From the human T2T-CHM13v2.0 reference genome, Homo sapiens, in the NCBI RefSeq assembly GCF_009914755.1, contig NC_060933.1: 64,000 nt of DNA. The stretch is one strand, 5' to 3'. This document shows, piece by piece, positions 1-48,788 of this stretch. Both the position numbers and the translations under genes were made by a program. Position 1 is the stretch's first letter. Every line of letters starts with the position of its first letter. The notes below the pieces were generated by a model that saw only the letters and a list, made by a program, of their open reading frames with translations, did not search any database and was not told the origin of the DNA.

Positions 1-1
1 C

Positions 2-3468
<3,467 letters not shown>

Positions 3469-3933
3469 CATTGTGAGGGGCCAGCATTGTGGGCACCTCC
3501 TGGGCCAGGCCACCTTGCTAACCCTGTGAGGGCCCACATTGCACAGGTGAGACACTGAGGCCCAGACAGGTGCCAGGCAGGGGAGGAGTTGCGGTGAGGC
3601 AGGTGGTCCGGGAGGAAGTCCCATTAACTTCAGAGCTCAGAAAACAGGACTGTCCCTCCAGAAAGGGCCTGGGCTCTTGCTGCCCCCAGGAGGCCACCAG
3701 CCCCAGTCTCAGGGTGAGGCTAAGGGAGTCCCCAGGCCCCCTCCTCTGACAGGAGGCCTTGCAGCTGCAGAGCCTTGGCTCGAGTCAGGGGCTTCCCGGC
3801 CTGCAGGGCTGTGCGAACTCTCCCTCCAGCCCTTCATGTGGCGCAGGGTGTTATGTTTACATTTTAAGCAAATCCTGAATTTTGTTCTTTTTTTGTACAG
3901 GAAGGACTTCCTAACCATAAAAATGAAGGAAGG

Positions 3934-4823
<890 letters not shown>

Positions 4824-5149
4824 AATATGACCTTTTTAAGAAAAAAAGACCGCAGTCCGTAAATATAAGGGCATAAAGCAGGACCATAATCACATACATG
4901 CTGACTGTGTGTTGAGAGCAGTTTCTGAGGCTTACTGCCGGCAGGGTCACAGTGAGAAGGGCCTCTAATTTGGGTGGTGCCTTCTGGAAACCAAGTTGGT
5001 ATGGATCACGTCCATACAAGACACTGCAAACTGGGACCATTGCTTCCACTCCTAAGAAGCTGTCTGGCATTCTGGTAGACGCTGGTTTTCCTCCACCGTT
5101 CCTGGCTGGTAATTCCCATATTCCCATAGCCCTTGGTAGGGCCTTTTGT

Positions 5150-5860
5150 TAGAATGTTGGGTGGGTGATGCTTGGGGGGTGCGGGCGGGGGACTTTTACC
5201 TCCTGCCCTCCTTTCACCTGCCCCAAGGCAGGACGCTAACATTCTCACCTTTCTGACTGTGGGTCTTAAGACCCTTCCAGGAGAGGTCCCACCTAAGCCC
5301 TGGGGGCAGGAATGCTGACATCAGGAAGCTTCCGTAAAATCCCAAGAGGACTGAGGCTCAGGGAACTTCTGGACAGGGGAACACCTGGAGGTTCCCAGAG
5401 GGCGGCAACTAGCGAGGACATGGAAGCGCCGGCCCCTCCCCGTGCCTCTCTCTACGCTTCTTCATTGGTATCCTTTGCAATCAATACCCTTTACAATAAA
5501 CCAGTAAACGTCATAACTTCCCTAGTTCTATGAGTGGCTCCAGCAAATTAACCCAAAGACGGTGTCACAGGAACCCCAAATTGAAGCTAGTTGGTCAGAA
5601 GTTCCAGGGGCCCAGGCTTGCGACTGGTGTGTGTCTGGAGGCCCTGCCCCTATCTGTGTCTGGAGGCCTTCTTGGGATGGAGCTCTCACCCTGTGGGATC
5701 TGACACCATCTCCAGGTAAATGGTGAAGGAAATGAATTAGAGGACACCCAGCTTGGTGTGTGGGGAACAACCCCCCTCCCTCAACATTTGGGCAGAGGCC
5801 TCCTTCTGTGACGGCTGTGGTGGTGTGGGCGCAGAGCCGGACACTGAGAGAGCATTTCCC
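5150..5860 (+). mobile_element. ERV LTR relic, MER21-like
   Basis: AATAAACCAGTAAACGT...GCAAATTAA...GGTCAGAAGTTCCAG...CTGTGGGATCTGAC...GAATTAGAGGACACCCAGC resembles the MER21 consensus as recalled; boundaries approximate. Confidence 0.65.
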
Positions 5861-6657
5861 CCACACACCTTCTCAAGGAGAGGATGGATGTCCAGCAGCA
5901 CCATTCACGGTGGCAACGTTTATTACAGGGCAGGGAGGACCTGGAGGGGCCTATCTGTCCAATGACAAGGGCTTCATTAGCAAAGTACACTCTGTTCCAC
6001 TGGCAGCCAGTCAACTCTGAACCCGGCACAACCTGGGCAGGGGCCCCGGAGCACAGGCGTGAACCCCTCGCCCAGATAAAACCCGTGTTTCCTCAAGCAC
6101 GTGTCCATCTGTCTGCCTGGCAGGCCCAGTGCTGAAGGGGAGGCATCCAGAGAGGGCGGAGGAGGGCCCCAAGTTGGCCCTGTTCACAGGCCCTGCCCTG
6201 GTGGATTCTGGGCCAAGGTCAGGGCTGGGACCAACTGGTGGTCAGCTCCAGAGACCACACAGTGAGGGCCCTGGTGCCCACACGGGCTCTTGCTCACACA
6301 GGCTGGCTGTTCCTTTGCAGCTCTGGCAGCCCGGCCATCTGTGACACCCTCTAGCCTCTGTGCCCCCAGGTGAGAGGTAGGCCCTCACACCCCAGCCCTG
6401 GCTGGGCTCCAAGGCCCGGCCTGCCTCTGGTGTCAGACCCATCTGATGTGGATTTGCTTTTCCCTTAAGTGGAAATCCAGATGGGGTGGCGGCTCCTCCT
6501 CTTCCTCCAGGGAGCCTTCCTGGACCCCTCCCTCCTACCCCCAGGGGGTCCTGGCTGGCCAGACACAGCTGGGCATCTCCTAGGGCTTGGTGGATGCCGG
6601 TGGGTCCTGTTCCCTCCACCCCCTCTGCTGAGGCCTCAGTCCTCCCCGACCTGCTAG

Positions 6658-9130
<2,473 letters not shown>

Positions 9131-11034
9131 TGAGATGCTGTTGGTTTTCCCGAGCTCTGTGGTGTGCAGTTGTCTGTCCTTCACCCGGGGGCGGTCCTAG
9201 AGATATGGCTGCCGCTGGGTCATTTCCGGCTTTCCCTGTTGAGGGGTCTCCATTCAGCTGCCCCTGAAGGGTGCTCTCTTCTCTAGGGTGGCAGCCTGTG
9301 ACTGACCCTGAGCTCTAGCCTGGAGCGAGATGGGAGGTGGGCTCTGTGGGACACCCCCACCCAGCCGTGTCACTCAGGGGCCTGGTCTAGCTGCTGTCCA
9401 CCTGAGTGTCAGCTGCTTGCCGAGCCAGGGAACTGGGAAGGAGGCGTCAAATGCCCTGAGCCGCCACCTCCAGGTGGGGTCGGCCTGGCCAGACCTCAGG
9501 AAGGGCCCAGGGATCTGCTCACCAGGGCCCAGCCCCACTTCCCCTAGGCCTTGAGCTGAAGACCTGGCTGGGCTTAGTCACCTGTGCCCTGAACACTCTG
9601 GCCCAGGGCCCTGCAGACTCCACTCCCGGGGCCTTCACCTGCTGGGACCCTGCACTGCCCCTGCCTGCAACTTCGCCTGGCTGGGGCCTCCCTTGTCATC
9701 ACTGGCCTGCCCTCCTACCCAGGGTCGGGCCCCAAGGCTGCCACCTTGCAGGAGCCTTACCTGCGGTGCCGTCACCCGCACCTCCCCAGGTCCTCCCCAG
9801 ACCCAGGACCCAGACCAGGCCCAGAGCTCAACCCCTTCAAAAAGGCTCTGGGCAGCTGCTTCTGTGGCCTCAGCACCACCCCCTTTCTCAGAGAGGAATC
9901 CCAGGCTCAGGATTGTGTGTGTGCTGTGACCCTTGTCCTCCTCTGCCACCGAACCAGCTGGGGGTTGGATCAAGGCACTGGAACCCTCGCCCTAGGGCTG
10001 ACCAACTTGGCCAGCGGCAAGAGAGCTGTGGTAGCCATGGCCTTGGGAGCTCGGCCCGGCTTGTGGGAACAGAGCTCTGCTCACGGCTGCACCACCAGGC
10101 ACCCCTGGTGAGACCCAAAGCTAGGAGTGGGAGCGGCAGGAAAGATGGAGCGATCTCCTCCAGCTGGGCTGAGGAGGGAGGGCTTCCTGGAGGAGGTGGT
10201 GGAGGAAGAAGCCTTCAAGGAAGAGCAAGAGTTTGCTGGGCAGCGGGAAAGAAATTTCTAGAGAAAATTTCAGCAGCGGAGACCGAAAAGAGAGAGGGTG
10301 TGTGTAGGGGGCTTGGCGCGGCACAGCCTACGGGAGGGCGGCGGGCTGGAGAGGCGGGGAGGCCCGGGGAGCCCACCCGCCTGGGATAAGAAGGGACACT
10401 GTGGAACCTGGACTCTCCTTCACGGCTCCGCGGAGCTCGGTGGGCGCCACAGCCTCCCGGTGCCGGGGAGGGCGGCCGTCGCTCGCGCTCCCGCTGCGGG
10501 CCCGGTCTCCGCCAGGCCCCGGCCCCCTGAAGGCGCTCAGATCTCAGTTTTGGCGACAGCGCCGGGGTGGGCTTCGTGCCCGTTTCACGCGGAGGAACCC
10601 ACGCTCAGGAGGGAGTCTGCGCCTGTGTCCGGCCCCTGCGGGGCAGAGGGGCGGGGAGCTCAACCCCCGGCAAAACGTCCCCGCTGCGCGTGGCTGCCGC
10701 GAGATCTGCAAGAGCGTTTTCCACGCTTATGTACACGAAATTCACTCGGCTGCGACGACGTCCGTTCCCGGAGCAGACGGACCCTGAGTCCGCCCCCCAC
10801 GCCCTCACCCGCCCTCTTCTGCCAGAAAGCCCGGGCGCGGGCGGGACCGGGTGGGCGCATGCGCGCTGGGCTGGCTGGGCGGGGTCTCTCGCGCCGGGTG
10901 AGGGCGCTGCTCCCAGGAACCTGCGCGCGGCCCCGGCGGCGTTTCCCGGGGGCCGGTTGGCGGGCGGACCTGGGCGGTGCGGGGCGGAAGTGGGCGGCTG
11001 CGGGACGCGCGCGGAGTCGCGCGGCGGGCGGGAC

Positions 11035-28578
<17,544 letters not shown>

Positions 28579-29171
28579 GGGCCCTCCAGACCTGCTCGGG
28601 TGCTGGGGCCATGCCGAGTCGCGGCCCTGCTCAGCCGGAAGAGGCTCCCGGACCTGGATGTACAGGGCAGTCTCTCTTCCCGGGGCTATGGCTGGGCCTG
28701 TCCTGCCGTCATGGCCCCCTGCTTCCTGCTCCTTGGAGCTGGCTCCCGGACCTTGCCCACCATCCATGCAGTGGCTCCCAGGGCAGAGCCTCTCCTTGTA
28801 CTTTGGCAGCCATAGAAAGCGTGCTCATTTTCTGTTTTCCTGTGTTAGGAAAAAACCACCTGTTTTCCAAGGGGAGAGGGCGGGGCCTGAGGGTGGGGGC
28901 GGGGCCTCTTCATTGGCCCAGCTTGGCGAAAGCGAGGCACACTGCTTACTGCCTTGGGGTTGTGGAGATGGACCCGTGACCTCGTGGAGGCCGTGTGGGG
29001 GCAGCAGCCTGGCCTGTGCCATGGTGGGTGTCCTGGGGCCTGTGCGGAGGGAGCCACCTCACCCTGCAGCCCAGGTTGCAGGTGTGGCCTTGTTTCTCCT
29101 TGCCCAGCAGTGCTGCCTTCAGCGGCCGTGACGGGGCCAGCTGGACACACGGTGAGATTTTCTCGTATGTA

Positions 29172-29177
29172 AATAAA
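29172..29177 (+). terminator. NELFB poly(A) signal
   Basis: AATAAA ~590 nt after the stop, preceded by TGTA. Confidence 0.85.
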
Positions 29178-29343
29178 AGGCAATTTGGTAAACGTGGAGG
29201 CTGAGATGTCTCTGTGCCTGCCCTGAGGTTGGATGTAGCTCAGATGGACACAGGCATTTGTGCTATGGAGCCAATATTTGGGGCTTTGTGGGCCACAGCC
29301 TCTCTGGACTGCTCAGCCCTGTCTGTGACCAGCAGCTGGGGAC

Positions 29344-29880
29344 GATATAATAATTTCTGGGGGAGGTTGATATAATAATTTCTGGGGGAGGTTGATAAAA
29401 TTTCTGGGGGAGGATATAATAATTTCTGGGGGAGGATGATATAATTTCTGGGGGAGGTTGATGTAATTTCTGGGGGAGGTTGATATAATTTCTGGGGGAG
29501 GTTGATAAAATTTCTGGGGGAGGATATAATAATTTCTGGGGGAGGTTGATATAATTTCTGGGGGAGGTTGATATAATTTCTGGGGGAGGATGATATAATA
29601 ATTTCTGGGGGAAGTTGATATAATTTCTGGGGGAGGTTGATGTAATTTCTGGGGGAGGTTGATATAATTTCTGGGGGAGGATATAATTTCTGGGGGAGGT
29701 TGATATAATTTCTGGGGGAGGTTGATATAATTTCTGGGGGAGGATATAATAATTTCTGGGGGAGGTTGATATAATTTCTGGGGGAGGTTGATGTAATTTC
29801 TGGGGGAGGTTGATATAATTTCTGGGGGAGGTTGATAAAATTTCTGGGGGAGGATGATATAATAATTTCTGAGGGAGGTT
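29344..29880. repeat. ~22-bp minisatellite, ~24 copies
   Basis: GATATAATTTCTGGGGGAGGTT and variants; 23 intact G5 runs counted. Confidence 0.97.
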
Positions 29881-31001
29881 GGCAGGAAGCCCTCACCCTC
29901 GGGGCTTTGGTGCCCCTAAGACGCAGATCAGCTGCTTTGTTTTTGTCCTGCGATTCCAGGGGGCACCTCTCACCTCCTGGTGCACACCAGGGACAGGAGC
30001 CCTGGAGGCCCAGGATGTGCCATGGGTCACAGGCACAGAGCCAGGGCCATTTCCAGCAGATGAGACCTCAAAGCCGGGCAGCAGTTCATAGCATGCAGGG
30101 GCGATGGCCCGGCTGCCAGGTGTCACTGTCCTTGGCTCGCAGCATGCAGGGGCGATAGCCTGGCTGCCAGGTGTCACCGTGTCCTCAGAGACGCCTGTTG
30201 GCGAGCTTGCCTCCCTGGAGTGTGAGGCCACAGCTGAGCAGGTTGGGACCTGTTGGGTGAGACAAGCCCATGGTGCTGGGATCTCGTGGGTATGGGAGTC
30301 TCTGAGCTGGTATCCTCTGGGGCAGAGCCAGGGACGCCTGGGACTCTGTTGCACCTGTGCATGGGGCTTGTGGTCTACACTGGGAGATCTGTGCCTCAGT
30401 TTATTGTGGTCTACACTGCCGGATCCATGCCTCAGTTTATCCAGTCATGTCTCTCCAAGAGCCCCAGGGCAGGCGGAGAAGTCCCAGCCTGAGGGCTTTG
30501 GTGGGAGCTGGGGACCCAGGTGAGGCTGGGTGTCTGGGGCTGGCCTGGCTGGTGGGTGGAGGGCGCAGGTTCTGGGTAGGTGTGAGCAGCAGAGGAGTCT
30601 TGGAGGGTCCAGGGCTCTGAACCTGCCCAGGTGGGCTGTGACGGGAAGATGAAGGGCTTGTCTGACAGGCACATGCAATGGGTTTGGGGCTGTGGAGCTC
30701 AGAAGAGACTGGGGCCAGGTTGTGGATCTGGATGCTGTCATAGGGAGTGGTGTTTGAGCTACTGACTGGGCCAGATCAGCCCAGGTGAGGGAGAGCAGCC
30801 GTGTGCTCTGGGCGGGCCTTCCTGGCCAGCTGGGGCGGAGGAGTGGCAGCTGGCAGCAGATTAGGTGCCCCACAGCCCAGGGAGGAGGGGCTGAGGAACA
30901 GTGCTTTGGAGGGAGAGCTGAGGAAGCAGGAGAGGCCTGGAGACCCAGCTGAGAGGCACTAAGGAGTGGGATGAAGGTCAGTTCCGGCCAGGAGTGCGTG
31001 C

Positions 31002-31310
31002 TTTTTTTGCTTTTTTTTTTTGAGATGGAGTCTCGCTCTGTCGCCCGGTCTGGAGTGCAGTGGCGCAATCTTGGCTCACTGCAAGCTCCGCCTCCCGGGT
31101 TCACACCATTCTCCTGCCTCAGCGCCCCCCCAACCCCAGCATCTGGGACTACAGGCACATGCCGCCACGCCCGGCTAATTTTTGTATTTTTAGTAGAGAC
31201 GGGGTTTCACTGTGTTAGCCAGGATGGTCTCGATCTTCTGACCTTGTGATCCACCTGCTTCGGCCTCCCAAAGTGCTGAGATTACAGGCGTGAGCCACCG
31301 CGCCCGGCCT
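31002..31310 (-). mobile_element. Antisense AluY-like element
   Basis: Reverse Alu consensus. Confidence 0.92.
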
Positions 31311-33719
31311 GGTTTTTTTTTAAAGATAGAAGAAATAGATGTTTCTGGGCTGATGGGAATGACCCAGTAGGGTGAGGAGTGGAGGATGGTCCAGGGGCTG
31401 GGCTGTCACTGAATGAGCAGGTGGCCGGGGTCTCAGCACAGCAGGGGTGTCCTCAGAGGAGGGCTGATGGGCGCAGATGCTGGGGTGACGGCTGAGGAGA
31501 CACTGGGAGTCCACTGCTGCTGCCTCCCATTTTCTCAGGTCTTGGGCTAGGAGGCAGGATAGGGGGAAGTGGCAGGGGAGAGGACGAGTAGAGGACTTGA
31601 CTGTAGGAGGAATGGTCAGTGAGTGGACCCGGGTGCCTGGTTTGGTCACTGGGCAGCGGGCGCGTCCTGTCCAGGGCGCCTGCAGGGGGTGCCAGGCCTA
31701 CGGGTGGGGAGTGAAGGACAGAGAGTGAGGAGCCCGTGGGTGAGGGACTGGTGAGGTGGAGGGTGTGAATTGCAAGGACTGGGATGGGACCGTGCGTGGA
31801 CGGCTGAGCCTCGGGGGCGCATGGTTACTGTAGCGAAAGCCTTTAGGGGCAGAAAGAGCAGAGCTGCCTGAGCGACTGGGTGTGGACGCTGCTGGGAAGT
31901 TAGGGAGAAGGACTTGGTAGGGGAGGACCGAGGGCCCAGGCACGGGAGGCATCGTCTGGTGAAGTGAAACCTATGGGGAATTTGGGAGGAGAAGTGGGGA
32001 GGCTGCCCACGGTTTGGGGAAAACAACCTTGCTGGCAAGGGCTGGGGGAAGCAGTGAGGGTGAAGTCCTTTCAGAGGCTGAGAACATGTACTGTGTTTGT
32101 GGGTGATGGACATGAATTCTGGGCGCAGCGGCAGGGCTGGGTTGGGTAGGGAGGCGGGAGGGGAGGCCTCCTGGAATGGGAATGGGTGTGATTGGGGGTG
32201 GCCCTGGGTATCACAGGAGATGGTGATGGCCCTGGGAGCTGGGGTTCTGGGGCTCCCTTCACCCCTGTAGATGGGAGAAAGTGCAGGGGGTGAGGCCTTG
32301 GCCCAGGCCTCAGATTCACCTTTGACCCATAGGGCCAGGTCTTGGGGCACCCCTTGAGCGAGTCCCTTTCCTGCAGAGGGCTCTGGCCTGAGGATTTGCT
32401 GGGCCAGCCTCTGGCAGAAGCAGCTCCAGCCCTGGGTGCACTTGGAGGCAGGGCAGAGGCTTTGCTGCAGGTTTTCCAGGGCTCGGTCAGCCTGCATCTG
32501 CCCGAGGGCCTCCCCTCCAGGGTCCTCTCTGTGTCAGAAGAAGCACCGAGACTCAAAGCCTGAGGCCCCCAAAGGACCCCAACCTCCGTGCTGGGGCCAC
32601 GGGGCCTGGACAGCCAACCTCCTTCCGCTCTGGTCCCACAGAGGCCGGGGAGTGGGCCCAAAGAGCACCAGCATTCCACCTGGTGTGTGCGGCCCCCGCG
32701 GCCTCGACAATTGGGGATCCGGGCCCCCGAGCACCCCTTGCACAGGGGAGGGGAGCCCTAGGCCTGGCTCCTGGAGGGGAGCGTGATAGTCCGGTGGACC
32801 CCATACCCTGGAGAGAATGGAAACCCCCAACCCACGACCGGTTTCCCTGATGGAGCCTGTCTGGTTGGGTGCAGTGTGTGAGGAATATACAGCTGGAACC
32901 ATCAGGCCCGGGCTGGCTGTTGGGAGGAGTGGGGCGTCCCTGGGACTGCGGGGTCCTGAGCTGAATGCCAGCAGCACTGGTGTGGCTGGAGCGGCCACCT
33001 TGCCCCTCCTTGGAAGGCGGCTTCCAGGCTGGGCCAGGGTAGGAGGAGTCCAGGGTCCTTTAGGCAGGCCGGCAGGGGGAAGGGCCCAGAGCTCCAGCTC
33101 CTGGCTCCCGGCCCAAGTTGTTTCTAAATTTGTTCCCCAACCCCCACAGGGACCCTGAGCCGCACGTGGTTTTTTCCGTGATAGAACTTCCGTCTGTGTG
33201 TGCTGGCCTGTCCTGGGCAGGGGGCTCCAGGCTGGGGACGGAGGAAGGGGGAAAGGAAAGACAATGAGCCCACTTTGGGGGGCCCCCGATTGGGGTCAGG
33301 AGGGGAATGAAAAAGCGGGGAGAGGAGTAATAAGAGAGGGATTGGGGGTATGCAGCTCGGCAGAGGACCCTGCCCGCCCCCTGTGCTGCTGCCTTGCTCC
33401 CGCCTTGCTTACACAGGGCCTGGAGCCCCTCCCCCCAGCTGTAAGCCCTGTGTGTGGGGTGACAGGTGGAAGGGATAACCTGGGGGAGGTGGGGGCCCTG
33501 GAGGACAGGCTGAGGTGCAGGAGCCCAGGGTGGGGGCACAGCATGCAGCAGGGGCCCTCGGCCTCACCAGGTGTCCTGAGCCTGACCAAGCCAGGAGGGC
33601 TCTGAGCGCTAGAGAACTGAAGCGGGAATGTGACCTCCGGCCAGGGGATCTGGGCAAGCCGGCCAGGCCTCCCCCCTTTGGCGCCTCCGTCCAGCCCAAG
33701 TCCCGCCTGGGCCGCACCC

Positions 33720-33952
33720 CCTGACTCACTTCCTTTGCATAGAAGCGGAAACCTCCCCAGAGCTTCCTCTACTCCGGCCGGCCGCTCCCTGGGGACCCAC
33801 AGGTGTCGCTGCCCCTCCAGGCCGAAGCTGGCCCAGGAGGCCCCTGGCCCACCCCCTCGCCCTGGGAGGCGCATTTCCTGCTTGGAGTCTCAGGCCCCAG
33901 CGTCTGGCACAGGCAGGGGCCTGCGGAGCTGAGGGCAGTGGACCAGCTGCAG
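33720..33952 (+). promoter_or_regulatory. TOR4A: Probable TOR4A promoter and non-coding exon 1
   Basis: AP-1/ETS TGACTCACTTCCT at 33722; ATG-free segment ending at donor CAG|GTAGGG (33952); acceptor TTCCCGTTGCAG at 34697 ahead of the CDS; the TSS is inferred. Confidence 0.5.
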
Positions 33953-34338
33953 GTAGGGGGTGGGTTGGGGCCCAGGGCCCAGTTCCTGCCAGTCAGTGGC
34001 TCTCTTGCTCCGACCGGCCTCTTCTTTCTGTCCATCTTTTCGTTTCACCTCCACTAGTCTCCGGGGGGCTCCCTGCACTGCTCAGCTCGTTCACTGGAGG
34101 GGTGTTGGGAGGACCCCAGTTTTGGAGTCGGGGCTGGGAGGCCTGGGTTGAGCCTGGGGACGGGGCCCGGGCCTATTCTCAAAATCATAAGTTCCAGCCA
34201 GACCCCCGCCAAGTGTTCTGGAGCGTGTGGGGGCGTCTCTGAACTCCTGGGCGCTCAGGCCTCTGCTTCCCGCGGCCCCTCCTTGGGAGACGGCCCAGTC
34301 CAGTGGGAGCCGCGGGCGGGGGCAGGGTCCGGGGGTGA

Positions 34339-36006
<1,668 letters not shown>

Positions 36007-36639
36007 TGGAGGCGCAGGACGGGACGTTTGGGTTGATGGCGGCAGTAGGAGGGCGACCAGGGACCTTGTGGGCTGGTGCAGGCCCCTGAGGTTTCTAGTG
36101 AATTTGTGGCTGCCCGGCTGGTGGGTGCGGATCAGCTTGGAGCTCTGCTTCCAGGTCCACACCCGCCTCAGAGTCCGGAGTCTGTCCCTGGGGGCGGCAG
36201 GACAGCAGCCACCTCCCTCCCAAACTTGCCCATTGCCCTGCTGGGCGTCCCAGGCATGGTCTGGTGCGTTCTCCCTGTGGCCCCAAGAGGTGGGTTCCCA
36301 TGGTACAAGGATGATCTCAGGGCCAACAATTCCCGGGGTCACACAGCTGGGACGTGACCCCGCCTCTTGGGGGTGGTCGCGTGTTGCTCAGTGCTGAAGT
36401 GGGGTTCTCATTCCGGCCCCCCTGGAGATGACCCCGGAGGAGGCCACAGCCAACCATGACAGTGCTGGGGCTCTGGCTGCCTTCTCCACCCACCCCACCC
36501 CTCACTCAGGTCGTGTTTTCAGGAGCTCAAGGCTGGAGTGTCTTGACAGTAAGGGGAGGGGAGCGGAGGCGGAGGCGCCTCAGGCAGCCTCTCCCCCTCC
36601 TTCCTGGACCCCCCAACCCCGGGCCCGCCAGCCCTGGCT

Positions 36640-37700
36640 TGGGCTTACTGGGTGACCGAGAGCCCGCGGGGCAAGCGGGAGGTGCCTAGGCCTCTCCCCA
36701 TCCCCCTCTTCTCCGCACGTGGGACCCTTAGCCCGTGGCCAGTCCCCTGGTCACCACGATTGCGCGACCTCCCTTTCCCTGGGGCCTTTTGTGCCCCGAG
36801 TTCCGCCCACCCGCACCCTCTGCGCAGAGCGCCCTCCCCACGCCAGTCGACCCCACACCCCACACTCCCCACGCGCCGCCTCCCGGAAGCCCTCCTGGAC
36901 GCCTCCCGTGGATGGGCCCACCGCGCCCACGGGGGCTTTAGGGGAAGGTGCTTTGGGCGTTTTTTGCGCCATGTCTCCTCGGGGCCGGCGGTTGCCTCGG
37001 GACGGTTCTCGCCTCCTCCCACAGCCCCGGTGTCTGGGACGCACCCGGCAGCCCCGCTGCTGCCGCCTTGTGGCGCGCCCGGCCCAGCCGGTGGCTTCTG
37101 TGGTCGCCGGGGGCTGAGCGCGCGGCTGGGCCCTGAGTCCCCCAGGCCGCCCCGATCCTCTGTCCCCGCCGCCGGCCCCGCTGCAGTCCCAACCCGGGCC
37201 TGCCCGGGAGGAGCGCAGGGGCGGCGATGACCAGTCCCGAAAGGGGCTCAGAGGGCAGCGAGGAGGTTTCACGCCGGTGCGGGGCGCCGTCGAGGTGGGG
37301 GCACCGCGAAGGTGGAGGCGGGGCCGCGCCGGAAGCCCCGAGTCGAGCGCACACGGCGGGCGCCCCTGGCAAGTGGGACTCCTCCGGCCCCGAGGCCTGA
37401 ACTCAGCCCGGAGACCGCGCCCACCAGCGCCGGTGTCCCCGGAGGGGCCCCGCTAGTTCCCTGAGCAGAGGTCCTGCGGCTTCCCGGAGGGTGTCCTGTT
37501 CTCTCCCCCGCCTCGCATCCATTCTCGCCCTGGTGGTTGGTGTCTGTGGTCGGGGGCGAGGGCCGTCTAGTGGAGACGGGGATTCAGGCCGCTTGAAAGT
37601 CTGGGATCTCTGGGCGGATGGCAGCGGCTCCGCGGAGCTCGAGCTCGGCGCGCAGGTCCTGGGCCCAGGGCGGGAGCGCTAGCGAGAGGGCTGCCCCGTC
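36640..37700. promoter_or_regulatory. CpG-rich island downstream of the TOR4A stop (probably within the 3' UTR)
   Basis: High CpG density; no AATAAA seen between the stop and 38662. Confidence 0.65.
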
Positions 37701-38220
37701 CTGCCCAGAGGGTCCTGAGGACTCCCGCTGCTCCTGGAGTCTTGGGGAGGGGTCCGGCTCCACGGGGTGGGGGTGGGGGCTACCAGGAAACCTTTGCCTC
37801 CTGGGGCTGTGCAGGACCGGCTAGCCAGCGCTGGGAACCAGGGCTGAGTTCAGCCCAGCTCTGTCCACCCCAACCCCAGGGCTAGGTGAAGGAGCTGGGA
37901 GAAGGAGCCCCACCTCTCCCAGGCGAGTATCTGTCCCAGGAGCCCACACAGAGGGACACCCAGCTCTGGTCTGGCCTTCGTGTTGGCTTCAAGGTGGTAA
38001 CAGAGAGAGCTGCAGAGTGGGGGTGTGTTTGCCAGTCCCTGCATGGGTGAATGTTGGGGTGCCCACTGCTCCCCAGGCAGGACCCCCAGGACTGTCAGCT
38101 CCCCTTCCCACAGAGCACCCACCTGGAGGTGTCACCTGCCGGCAAGCGTGGGCCATTCATCCACCTGTCAGTCAACAACACCCGCTGAGCATCGGCTTGT
38201 ATCAAAAGGTCCAGACCTAA

Positions 38221-38482
<262 letters not shown>

Positions 38483-38661
38483 TGATCCGCCCACCTCGGC
38501 CTCCCAAAGTGCTGGGATTACAGGTGTGAGCCACCGTGCCCGGCCTCTTTTTATTTATTCCTAAAATATTACCTTGAGGCCAAATTCTGCGCTTAAGGAG
38601 AATGTGCACCAAGTGCTGGGGTGGGGGCTGGTTATAAACGAGGCCACAAATCATGCTTGTT

Positions 38662-38667
38662 AATAAA
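38662..38667 (+). terminator. Probable TOR4A poly(A) signal
   Basis: First AATAAA after the CDS, followed by GT-rich sequence; antisense Alu ~38240-38545 lies just upstream. Confidence 0.65.
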
Positions 38668-39164
38668 TTGTGTGGTTCAAATCTGACGACCTACTGTTTG
38701 GTTTGTTTCTTGTCTGTCTGGTCTGTTAATAATTGAGGAGGATGCTGAAATCTTTCCCTAATTGTAGATTTATGGTAGATTTATCCATTTCTCTCTAAGC
38801 TTCTATTTAATAGGACATGCTGATCGAGAGTTTTGTTTTTTGTTTTGTTTTGAGAAACTTCTGAATGGGGAAGTGGTGTGGACCTGGAGGCTGATGGAAG
38901 GATTGGGGCTCACATGCAGTCTGCAGCTCAAACATCCGGGCTTTCCAGGAAATCCATAAATAACTAAAGTATTTTCTTTAATTGCCCTGGACAGGTGCTG
39001 AGGGCAGATGACCCAGGCTGGACATGCGGGAAGTTGCCAGCTAACCAGATGATCCCAAATGTCATAGCTGCTCTCCCTCATATGTGCAGAAACTGTTTCT
39101 GTGCAGTTGTCTCTGAGTTATTCTTTGACATCTGCCATGTGTCATTACGTAGTAACCCTCGTGA

Positions 39165-48788
<9,624 letters not shown>

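Noticed and set aside
29240-29896. 218-aa minus-strand repetitive ORF (PPEIISTSPRNYINLPQKLY)
   Set aside because: Translation of the 22-bp VNTR; no promoter or splice support
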